Shown here in pieces: positions 1 to 10,524 of a stretch of DNA of 42,961 nucleotides; the stretch's first letter is position 1, and each line of letters starts with the position of its first letter. Both the position numbers and the translations under genes were made by a program. A model generated the notes under the pieces. The model saw only the letters and a program-made list of their open reading frames with translations. It was not told where the DNA came from and searched no databases. Source of the DNA: Lama guanicoe (Eukaryota); contig MU053352.1 in NCBI GenBank assembly GCA_013239625.1, forward strand, positions 1 to 42,961. The letters are read 5' to 3'.

Positions 1-479
1 TTTTGGAGATTGGTGTCTTTGAATTTCCTCTTTAGGATTCATGATGTAGGTTCCATCTCTAAGCCTTGGAAACACCACCAGGAAGCCTGAAGCTGCACAG
101 GAGCCTCTCCTGGCTAGATCCTCTGGGCCCAAATTCTCATTGACATGTTGCAGGTCACACAGTTGTTCCTGGCATTTAGGTGATGATTACAAGCCCGTCA
201 CCCCAGGTGCACATGACAGGTGATGCACATTCAATGCCCAGGCTGCTGCCCCCTGGCCCACCCCCACCTGCTGTGTGCCTGCTTCAGGATTAAAGCTCTT
301 CTCTCTGCCTCACCTTGAATTCCAGGAACGAAACATGGGTTCCAGGTCTTCAAATCTGATGTCCTACACCTCCCGTTTGTCAGACACATCAGGACACATG
401 TTATAGAGGAAGGATTATCCAGCTTGTTTGTTCCTCTGTATCTTTTCCTACACTTTCCATTTCCTTGTGAGGACCTCCT

Positions 480-790
480 ACCTCAAGTTCCATTGCAAGT
501 GAAGGCCGTGTTTGGAGTGAGAATTTTGATCAATTTGGGAATAATTGTTATCTCAGTGTCAGTGAGTGTTTTGACCTGCAAAGTAGGAATATCTATTCAT
601 TGTTTTAAAAAAAATCTCTTGCAATGTATTGTCATTTTCAGTGCATAGGACTTTTGATTATTTTTCAGATTTACTCTCATCTGTTTCATATTGATGATAT
701 TAAATGTTTTATTCTTTTCAGTTTAGAAATTGAAGTTTCAGGACTATTCTAGAGGATACGATTAACTTCTGCAGGTTGCCTTTTGTATCA
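480..790 (-). mobile_element. Old, decayed LINE-1 fragment (approximate limits)
   Basis: T-rich stretch resembling antisense L1 ORF2 sequence; similar to 19360-19665. Confidence 0.4.
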
Positions 791-1111
791 CAAAATTCCA
801 GTTGAAACACTCAGACAGGAAGTCTCGTTTAAAGACACCTCCACCCCGAGTGGGGCCTGGCCTGATTCCACCGCTTTTTCTTCTTCCAGTGTCTCCATGG
901 AAAGACTTTTGCTTTTGAACAAGCAATGTTTCCTAAGATCACATGACTTGGGAAAGTATATGCTAGTGATGGAAAAGTTGAATGGAAGAAAAAGATACAA
1001 TATTCTCAAATCTTCAAGGAAAATTCAGTGCTTGTCTAAGTCACACCCCCTGAGTGTGACTTCATCTGAGCCATCGACGGTGGGGAGGGCACCAGGCCAG
1101 GGGAGCAGGGA

Positions 1112-1150
1112 GGATTTTGTCTCATTTCCTCCCTGGTCTGTAACACCTTG
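1112..1150 (-). other. 23-RSS of first V5, heptamer mutated
   Basis: Minus strand CAAGGTG + 23 nt + ACAAAATCC. The paralog at 39788-39794 has CACAGCG at the same position. Confidence 0.85.
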
Positions 1151-1639
1151 TGAGCTTCACTGCTGCTGTCCCAGGCAACACAGTAATAGTCAGCCTCATC
1201 ATCAGGCTGCAGCCCAGAAATGAGAAGAAGCCCTGAATTGGCCGAGGCATCTTTGGACCCAGAGAAGCGGCTCAGGACCCCAGAGCCCTGCTGCTTATCG
1301 GAGTCTGTGTAGTAGTACAGGAGGTACCGGGGAGGGCTCCCTGCCTTATGCTGGTACCAACTTATGTCATAGCTGCCAACACTGTTCCCACTACTCAGGG
1401 TACAGGTGAGTCTGGCTGATGCTCCCAGAGGTGCAGAGAAGGAGGGCAGCTGAGTCCCCACAGGCTGGGTGAGGGACCCTGCAAACACAGACACAAGGGG
1501 CAGATGGTGTGGGACCTGAAGGAAACATTCCCAGAGTCTGAGCCACAGAGACTGCTGCAGGTTTGGAACTGAGATCCAGTACCCAAGGCCCGTCCCTACC
1601 TGTGCCTTGAGAGAGGAGCTGGAGATGAGTCCAGGCCAT
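1151..1639 (-). CDS. IGLV5: Ig lambda V segment, IGLV5-like; open frame but defective RSS heptamer (ORF-class, probably non-rearranging)
   Basis: Leader exon 1639-1600 (MAWTHLQLLSQGT, 40 nt, 6 nt shorter than paralogs, GT donor). AG acceptor, then V exon 1478-1151: [63 protein letters not shown], with both Cys and the Trp present. Confidence 0.88.
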
Positions 1640-1727
1640 GGTGCTCACAGCCCCCAGGTCCCCACCCCGGGGCTGGGCTGCCCTGGCCTCCTTTTCTTCC
1701 CAGGCTCTGCCAGAGGAGGGGCGGCCC

Positions 1728-1735
1728 ATGCAAAT
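1728..1735 (-). promoter_or_regulatory. Ig light-chain promoter octamer (ATTTGCAT on coding strand)
   Basis: ATGCAAAT on + strand, ~90 bp upstream of leader ATG. Confidence 0.9.
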
Positions 1736-3076
1736 GACTGTCCCCCCAGGGACTGCCCAGCCCCTCCCTGAGCCCTGGTGCTGGAGCTCAGCTCACAGCC
1801 CAGACTCAGGGTGGTGGAGGGTAGCCTCCCTCTTTGGAGACCTGGGAGGAGGCACCTGCTGAGACCACAGGGGTCCCTGCTCAGGGGACTCTGCCAGCCA
1901 GAAAAGACTCACTGCTGAGTCCCCATCAGGAGTACAGGCCCTGCCCACAGCCCAGCTCCTAGGAGTGAGTGATCCTCCCTGAGCAGCTGTGCACAGACCG
2001 CAAGACAGTCCCACCCTGCTCCCTGTTGGTAACATCTTCAAAATGAAAAATGAAAGAAAAACAGCACATTACCTTTAGAAAAAATAGGTAAAATACATTC
2101 TTACCGAGGAAAATACAACATTGACTCTGTTAGTGAAAGTAAGTAAACGGAGCACTTTCTGAACTAAAAATTTTCATTATGAAAATAATCCTAGAAAGAC
2201 ATGATATGTACATTTTCATGGTGAATGTCTAATAAACCTTCTGAGATCACATAGTTCCAAGAATTGTTTTGTATATTTTTTACTAAAGTTTGAAAAAGAG
2301 GCAAAGTGTCCTAGTTCTTAGGAAAGAGTAGGGGAGAGGGCTTTTCTGGTCCACCCTGGGAACAGGGATGCTCCCACACTGGGACTTTCATCTCCATGGG
2401 AACCTATTGAATTTTCCAAAATGTCCATCTCTGTTAACTGTAGCCCCACAACCTCAGCCTTGCCTGCAGTGCAGACCCCGCCCATGTGAGTGAAAGGATA
2501 GTGACAGGGAGCAGCAGGGCACACCTGTGGTGACAAGTCCTCTGTGCATGTTGGGTGTGCTCGGGGGTTGCGACCAAGGGGCCTGAACAGAGCTGGGATG
2601 TGTCAGCTAGGATGTAAGGGAGGAGTCAGGTGATCACCCTGCAGAGACTGGGAGACCCCTTGGGTCAGAGGTCATGGCTCGGCCAAGGTCAGAAGAATGA
2701 GGAGGGTGGTTGCTAGTGACCCTGGTGAATGGACACTGGAGGTTGGACCAGTGGGCCCTCTGAGCATGTGACTCCAGCACCTCCAAATGGAGCAGAAACT
2801 CTTGGGAAATAAAAATCTCCCTAAGCCCTGAAATTGTTTTTTGCCAAGTTTTCGTGAATGTGCAGGAACGTGTGTTCATGCAGCCCAGATGCACTCACAG
2901 TGACGGTAACCGTGCACGCAGGCTCATTGTGCAGACCCTGGATTCACTCCCTTCATTACATGTAATAGTCCTGATAGAGCACAGTGTTGTCAGTGGGGAC
3001 CCAGCCCTGGTCTCATCCTGGGAGGGAAAACAGTGCTCTGTGAGTCCCCAGGGGCCGGGGGAGGCTGGGGGCTCAG

Positions 3077-3115
3077 GGTTTGGGTCTCACTTCCCCACTG
3101 GCCTGGAGCACTGTG
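3077..3115 (-). other. 23-RSS of V10
   Basis: CACAGTG + 23 nt + ACCCAAACC. Confidence 0.92.
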
Positions 3116-3586
3116 TAAGCACTGAGGCTGCTGTCCCAGGCTGAGCAGTAATAATCAGCCTCGTCCTCAGCCTGGAGCCCAGAGATGCTGAGGGTGGCCG
3201 TGCTGCCAGACCTGGAGCCCGAGAACCTCTCGGAGACCCCTGAGGGCCGCTGGTTATTCCTGAGGGTCAGGAGTCTGGGGGCCTGGCCTGGGTGTTGCTG
3301 CAGCCAAGCTGCCCCCTCGTTGCCAACACTGTGACTGTCTCCCGTGCAGGTGAGTGTGGCCGTCTGTCCCGGGGACGCAGTCACTGACCGGGGCTGAGTC
3401 AGCCTTGCCTGGGCCACAGTCACTGTAAGGAAGACACAGAGGGGTGTGAGAGCAAGACTCGACTCCCAGTGAAGGAGGGAGGAGTGAGGAGCAGAGCTGG
3501 GGGGCCCCCATCCCTGCCACGAAGTTAACATGGGGCTCACCTGTGAGGTGAGAGAGGAGGGTGAGCAGGAGAGGAGCCCAGGTCAT
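3116..3586 (-). CDS. IGLV10: Ig lambda V segment, IGLV10-like, apparently functional
   Basis: Leader 3586-3541 [19 protein letters not shown] intron. V exon 3422-3116: [50 protein letters not shown], matching the IGLV10-54 GAAWLQQH signature. Confidence 0.93.
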
Positions 3587-3685
3587 GGTGGAAACTCAGA
3601 CGCTGACCCCTAAAGCTCTGGTGTGGAGACCAGGCTCCCCTAAGCTCTTTATCTCCCTGAATTACACAAGGGGTTGGGGTTACAT

Positions 3686-3693
3686 ATGCAAAT
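3686..3693 (-). promoter_or_regulatory. Promoter octamer of V10
   Basis: ATGCAAAT on + strand, 100 bp upstream of ATG. Confidence 0.9.
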
Positions 3694-5149
3694 AGACCAG
3701 GTGTTTGAGAGCTCCAGCCTCTTGCCCTGGGTGCTCATAGGCAGGAGGACAGAGAGGAGGAGGAGGATGAGTGACCCTAGGGGAAGAACCTGGCTCTCGG
3801 TGACCCTGTGTTCTGACAGGTCCGTGGAGCCCAATGCGCACACAGCTGGCCAGACTCCTGAGGGGTTTCCCAATTGGAAGGGGCACCACAGGCCTGTCCC
3901 ACACTGTCCTACATGCCCTCAGACCTCTACCCCATTCTCTCTACCCACCTGACTCCCCACCTGGAGCCTCCTTCGTCCTGCTGCTATATTCCAAAGCTGC
4001 TCATGTAGAAAGGGGCTCCTTCAGTGCTCCATCCACCGCATCCAGGGCCCTGCCCACACGTCCTCCAGGAGCCCCTTGTTCCCCAAGCGTCCCCTCCATC
4101 CTCCATCTGAGCGGACGTGATGGTCAGGGGTCACTCAGGGATGGAGCAGCGCCTCTGACCGTTCTCACTGCTGTTCTGAGCCCAGCTCTGCCCTCACAGC
4201 TCTGGCTCCCACATCTGTGTCTCTTCCTCCAGGTCAAGGAGGCCAGTCCTTTCCATGCACTGAGCGGGGATCCCGCCCCACACAGAGCAAGTCAGGAGAG
4301 GACACGGGGCCTGGCAGCTGTTTCAATGGCCCTGTTTCCAGCCCAACTGTGTTGTGGTGGTTGGGGTTATAATTTTTCCAAATCACAGTCGAGGCCTCTT
4401 TCAACTCCCCTCTTTGATGGGTGAGTTTTGGAAACTGAGGTCAGATGGGTGACACTCAGAACTGACGCCTTGGGAGGGACCAGTAGGAAGAGGCTGCTGG
4501 GACCCACACTGACCTGTGAGTGAAGATCCTGCCCAGCCCAGAGAGGACACACTGCTGAACCCGCAAAACAAACACAAGCCCCTACACTCCAGCCCTAGGG
4601 AGCCTGGGGGTTCACACAGCAGGGGATCCCACTGTGCAGACCCTGGGGAGACCCACAGTGCCCCCTGCTACTCCCAGGTCAAACTCTGGCTCTGGTGGTA
4701 GTAGTGATTGGGGAGGGGGTGTGGGGAGTCGCCATGGGAGTGAGCTGTTGTCTGCTCACTGTCAGTCCAGGGACATACACAGGCCACGAACTCACCTTTG
4801 AGCCCAGATGGTGATATAAACTGACTGTCAAACTTCTTAGAGAGCAACACTGTCCAAAATCAATAATTCTTTAAAAATCTACCACATGCATAATAATACA
4901 GTTTAGACTTGTTTCAAATTTACACAATTAAAAAGCAAACTTTGTCAGAGATAGTGAATTGATGCTCAAAATGAAAGAGGAGGAAAGTCTGGTGAATAGG
5001 TATCAGGAGAGCATGAACAATCTCGTGGGCAGCACTGGAGGTGAACTTCCCAAAACGCTCCTTTTCCTCATGATAGACGTTAAGCAGTGACTGTAAGCAT
5101 TTGGTGTGTGAAGGAGGACAGAGGATGTGTCTGGGTTTGGGTGCGGATC

Positions 5150-5492
5150 AACTTTCTTTTTAAACACCTTTATGTGATATGATTCCTGTGCAGCGGACTG
5201 TGGATGTTTCAGATATACGACTTGGTGAATGATGGCAGATGTACACACCAATGACACCACCAGCACAATCGAGACAGCTAGCATTCCCATTGCTCCACAA
5301 GAGGTGCAAATTTCGAATTCCCAGTTCATCCCTTCCCACCCACCTTACCCCCTGGTAACCATAATTTTGATCTCTAAGTCTGTGAATCTGTTTCTCTTTT
5401 GTGGATAAGTTCATTTGTGTCCTTGTTTTCAGATTGCACACAGGAGCAATAACATATGGTATTTATCTTCCTCTTTCTGGCTGAATTCACTT
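5150..5492 (-). mobile_element. LINE-1 3' end fragment (antisense; approximate limits)
   Basis: ccctggtaaccataa..gtctgtgaatctgtttct..gttcatttgtgtc..tatggtattt..cactt is typical of an antisense mammalian L1 3'UTR/ORF2 end. Confidence 0.7.
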
Positions 5493-5582
5493 GGAGGTAA
5501 GTAGCCCTGACTCTCAGGTCTGAGCCCTTGAGCATATGAACAGGGTTAGGCAAGCGCTCCCCCAAGGGTTTCCATCACTGCA

Positions 5583-6036
5583 TTAAGATGACTACTCATT
5601 TCCACAGCACAGTAATTGTCAGCCTCATCCTCTGGCTGGAGCCCAGTGATGTTCAGGGAGACCATGTTGCAGATTTGGAGCCAAAGACTCAGTCAGGGCC
5701 CCCCGAGGCTCAATAGTTAACATCATAGATCAGGAGTCTGGGGGCTGTTCCTGGGAGCTGTTGGAACCAGCGCACATAACAACCACGCCCGATGTTGCTG
5801 CTGCTTCCAGTGCAGGAGAGGGTGACCCTCTGGCCCGGGGATCCATACACAAAGGGCGGCTGAGTTGGCACAGACTTATCCCAAGACCCTGCAACTAGGA
5901 GAGTCAGAGATGCTGATTCCAGACAAAAGAAGAGGACGTGAAGCCCAGGTGTCGTCTCAGGGCTCCATCCCCTGTCCCTCATCCAGTCACCTGTGCAGTG
6001 AGCCAGCAGGGTAAGGAGGAGAGGGGACCAGGCCAT
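5583..6036 (-). pseudogene. IGLV1: IGLV1-like pseudogene
   Basis: Leader 6036-5991 [16 protein letters not shown] exon from 5888: ..[39 protein letters not shown] at 5712-5710, a further stop and frameshift in FR3, degenerate RSS (TGCAGTG/TGCCTAACC, 5544-5582) and mismatched octamer ATGCAATT at 6141-6148. Confidence 0.92.
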
Positions 6037-6756
6037 GGTGGGGATGGTCACTGGATTCTGTCTTCTGTAGCCTCGCAACTGAGCAGAACATCTCTAGGTC
6101 TCTCCTCTTCTTCATATTATGAGAGAGGGAGGGGCCAGGCATGCAATTACCCCCAGCTCTCTGATCCCTCCCTGGTCCCTCTGCCGCAGGGCTCAGTGGG
6201 TGGGCAGGGGTGGGTATCTGTATGTGGCCAGGGGGTGGGTGGAATCCCAGCTTGGAGCCCTGAGCAGAGGGCGACACCCAGGCCAGGGGTGGTCCCAGAT
6301 CCCCTCCCCCAGATCTTCATGGGACACTGCACAGGGCAGATCCATTAGCAGGTGACCAGGCCCCTGGGGGGAGGGGAACAGGTGCAGGGACAAGGGCCAC
6401 CCCACCCTCTGTGCCCAGAGGACAAACCACGAGGAACTGCAAAAGCCCCCAGGCGGACTTGAAGAAAAGTCAGAGGAGAAGCCATGGAGGCTGAGAGGAG
6501 TAGAGGGGGCGGGGCTAGTCCCTGGGGTCCCCGCTCCTCCTCTGCTCCTGGGGAAGGGGGTTGGGGCCTGGTGGGGACAGGAGCCTACACACCATCCACT
6601 GCTGGGTCCTCCCCCTATGTGGTAGCTCCATACACAGGCAGGGCCTGCGGAGGTCCAGGCTCGGGCTTTGTCCCCTGAGAGGAAGCACCTGCTTCCAAGT
6701 CCAGCTCCAGCCAGTGATCCAGGGGGTCCAAGCTTGGTGGGTTATGAGCAGACCCA

Positions 6757-6772
6757 CAGCGCCCCCTGGTGA
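6757..6772 (-). promoter_or_regulatory. CTCF-binding motif
   Basis: Minus strand TCACCAGGGGGCGCTG; identical core at 30157-30172. Confidence 0.6.
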
Positions 6773-9224
6773 CGCTCGCTGGAATGTTCATGGTGGTGGA
6801 AATGATGCAGAAATGATGGCAGCCCTTTTTTTCTTCCTAACAATAGTCCATCACTCAATAATCTGATAAACAAATTCAATAATGCACGTTACATGCTTTT
6901 CAGCACCTGCAGAGACATTCTTTTTTATTTTCCTCTGTTGATTTTCAGGTGTGTGTTTCCATCCACTTTGTTCTCCTGGTTCTATTTCTACCTGAGTTCA
7001 CCTCCTGCTCCTTTTGTTCCCAGTGTCTATACCTGTTTATCCAGGGTTTGGATGATGTTCCCTAAACATATGTCATCATTGAGTCATCTCAGTTGTGCTG
7101 CAAACGGATTCTGTTTTCACATCAAGATTTATTTTCCTGGTTGTTGATATGACAAGTGACACTTTTATTGGATTCTGAACTTTGAGGAGGAGACATCAAG
7201 AAACTCTGAGTCCCGAGAGAGGGGCCAAGATGGTGGAATAGAGAGACGCTCGTAGCTCACCCTCTCCCACAAATACACCAAAATTCACATCCACGGACCC
7301 ACCCAGCCAACCAGAGCACCTGCTGAACTCCAACAGAGCATCTCCCTGTTCTAAAGACAAAGACGCCACGAATCTGGTAGCAGAAAAGAAAAAAGAAAGA
7401 AGAAAAAGCAAAACAGTGTGGGACCAGTCCCATGGGGAGGGAGTGGCTAAGGAGGAATGATGCCCATTTGCTGAATCTCTCCCTCTCCAACAAAGAGGTC
7501 AGCGGAATAGAGGGGGAGCCTCTGAGGCTCAGATCTACACAGAGCAGCCCTTGACCAACAGAATTAAGTTAAACGGGCACAAAATGTCCCTGCGACACCC
7601 GGCCCGAGATGCGAACTGGAAGCTGAGGGCCAAGACAGGCTGCCTGAACTTGGGGGAGGACTGGGACAGATGCACTGAGATAGCCCCAAGGGACTGCAGG
7701 ATGCTATGAGCAGTGGCTGGGAGGGCATACAGAGCAGAACAACCAGGGGCCCCCACAAATTATGAAAAAAAAAAGCAAAGCAACACTGTAAGTATGTCCT
7801 GGGGAGAGAGGCGCTGTAGTCTTTGTCTCCTCGGGAGTAGAGAGGCAGGTCGCAGCCACAGCCGCTATATCCTCCTGTGCGCACCTCCTGGCAGGGGCAG
7901 TGCCGAGACCTGAATTTGCACCTGAGGGTTCCCCAACCTCCTAGGCTGGACAGAAACTTGTTTGCAGCCCAAGGCAGATAGGATCTTTCTGCCCTGGCAC
8001 TTCAGAGAACTTGCACCGCCAAGAAAAACAAGAAGCTGAGCTTTGGCACGGAGCATGGGCAGAGCTGTTCTGCGATCTTCCCCGAGCCTGCCTTCAGAGG
8101 GCCTGCAGAGGCAGAGCAGGCAGCTGCACAGAGCAGGGGAGCTACTAGTGTCAAGAGAGGGCGGGAGGCCACCCACCTACCTCTCCTGAGCACAGCAACT
8201 GACTGTGGCATTGGGAGGGGGAGTGACCCACCTGTCTACAGGTGAAGGGCTCAGCGCCTGACACAGTGTTGGGAGGGGGCACGATCTGCTTGCCGACAGG
8301 CACTGGGAGAAGCACAGATAATGGCACAGATGGAGGGCATCTGGAAGCAGCAAGCTAAGTTTGAGACACAGGGCAAAGACAGAACGACTTCTTGATAAGA
8401 TCATTAAGAGCATGGTCTCCAGGAGAACACATTCCTTTTTTAAAAAAAATTTTTATATCTGTTCTATTTTCTGTTACCTTTTTAATCTTTACTTTTTAAA
8501 CAATTGCATATGTCTACTGTTTTAATCTCTTTAAAATTTTACATTTAAAATCTTTTTATTATTATTATTTTTAAAAATGCACCTCATTTCATTTTCATTC
8601 TCTTGGTTTTGATCTCCTGTTACTGATTTTTTTTCTCCTTCTTTTAAGGTTTTTAAAATATGTCTCAACTCGATTGCTATTCTGCTTCAACTTGCTCTTC
8701 TATTATTGATTCTACACTGTTTTCAATCCTTTTTTCCCTCCCTTCTTTTAAAATTCTTTCTTGTTAGATCTTTTTTAAAATCTGTTCCATTTTCTATTAC
8801 CTTTTAAAATTTTACTTTTTAAACAATTGTGTATGTCTCCACTTCGAATCCCTTTAAAATTTTTCATTTAAAATCTTTTTTTATTATTATCTTTAAAAAT
8901 CGACCTCATTTCACTTGTATTTCTCTTGGTTTTGATCGCCAATTATTGATTATACACAGGTTTCAGGTATTGTTTTCTGATCTTTTCTCTTTTTTTAAAG
9001 GTTTTTAAAAGACATGTCAACTCAATTGCTATTCTGTTTCAACTTGCTCTTCTCTTATTGATTATACACTGTTTTCAAACCTTATTTTTTCCATTCTTTT
9101 AAAATTCTCTCTCTCTTTTTTAAGTTTTAACCCTGCATAGGCTTTAGATAGATAAATAAATAGATAAATAAATAAACTCCACAATAGATAACTGACACTC
9201 CTTAAGCCACTGTGCCAGAGAGAT

Positions 9225-10123
9225 ATGAGCAATATGAAGAAGCAGAGGAACCACTCCCAATTAAAAGAGCAAGAGAAATCCCCTGAAAGGACTATCAATG
9301 AAATAGACATTGATGACCTGATAGATCAAGATTTCAAAAAAGGAGTGATCAAAGTACTGAAGGAACGAAAAGAGATAGTACATAGAGAAATAAAATATGT
9401 CAAAAATAAAACTGAAGATATAAAGAAGAGCCAAGTAGAACTGGTTAACTCATTTACTGAGATGAGAGCTGATCTAAAGGCTGTACAAAGCCGGCTAAAT
9501 AATGCAGAGGAACAAATAAGGGACCTAGAAGACAGGACAACAGAAAGCACCCAATCAGAACAGCTGAGAGAAAAACAAATAAAAACCAATGAAAACAATA
9601 TAAGAGACCTGTGGGATAATATAAAACACGCCAATCTACGCATAATAGGGGTTCCAGAAGGGGAAGAAAGAACAAAGGGGATTGAAAAGGTATTTGAAGA
9701 AATCGTAACTGAAAATTTCCCAAAACTAAAGAAGGAATCAGATATCAAAGTACAGAAAGCTCAGAGGGTCCCAAGCAGAAAGAACCTAAGCAGAGCTTCA
9801 CCAAGACATATAATGAAGATGGCCAGAGTCAAGGATAAAGAAATGATCCTAAAGTCAGCAAAAGAATAAAAAAACAGTGAGTTACAGGGAACACCCACAA
9901 GGCTCTCAGCTGATTTCTCTACCCAAACAGTACAGGCCAGAAGAGAGTGGCAAGATATATTCAAAGTCCAGAATGGAAAAAAAGAGGCAGCCTAGGATAC
10001 CTTATTCAGCAAGGCTATCCTTTAGAATAGAAGGAGAGAGAAAGAATTTCACAGACAAGCAAAAACTAGAGAGTTTACAACACTAAATCCTTACTAAAGG
10101 AAATATTGAGAGGCCTACTCTAA
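9225..10123 (+). pseudogene. LINE-1 ORF1p (coiled coil/RRM/CTD), disrupted
   Basis: ..RLNNAEEQIRDLED..LWDNIKHANLRIIGVPEGEE..; premature TAA at 9867-9869 and frameshifts; C-terminus ..LKEILRGLL* ends at 10123. Confidence 0.9.
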
Positions 10124-10524
10124 ATAGAAAAGAAGCCAGATGCTAAAAAATGAGAAACTCAACTGAAAAGGTGATAACTATCATGAATTACAAATAGAAT
10201 AAACATAAAATCATAAAAGAAGACATCTAAATCAATATGAGAGGGAGAGTGAAGCAAGGAAATATAGAGTATTTTTTTCTTTTTTAAATTTTTTGTTCTC
10301 AGTAGGATGGGTTTGAGATTATATTACTATCCGTTTAACACAAACAGTTATGGTAATGGGCAAATAGACTTACAAAAAAGGGTAATCACAAGCAAAAAAC
10401 TTACAAGTGAGTCACGAAAAGTAAATGAAATCCAACAAAATACAAAGAAAAATTACCAAACCACAAAAGGAAGAAGAAAGGTACAAAGAGGAAATACAAA
10501 ATCAACTGCAACAATAAGTTCAAA

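Noticed and set aside
4630..4660. Inverted perfect heptamers CACTGTG...CACAGTG 17 nt apart (signal joint or D-like element?)
   Set aside because: No acceptable nonamer at 12 or 23 nt on either side; the heptamers do not abut as in a signal joint; the second overlaps a CTCF-like motif.
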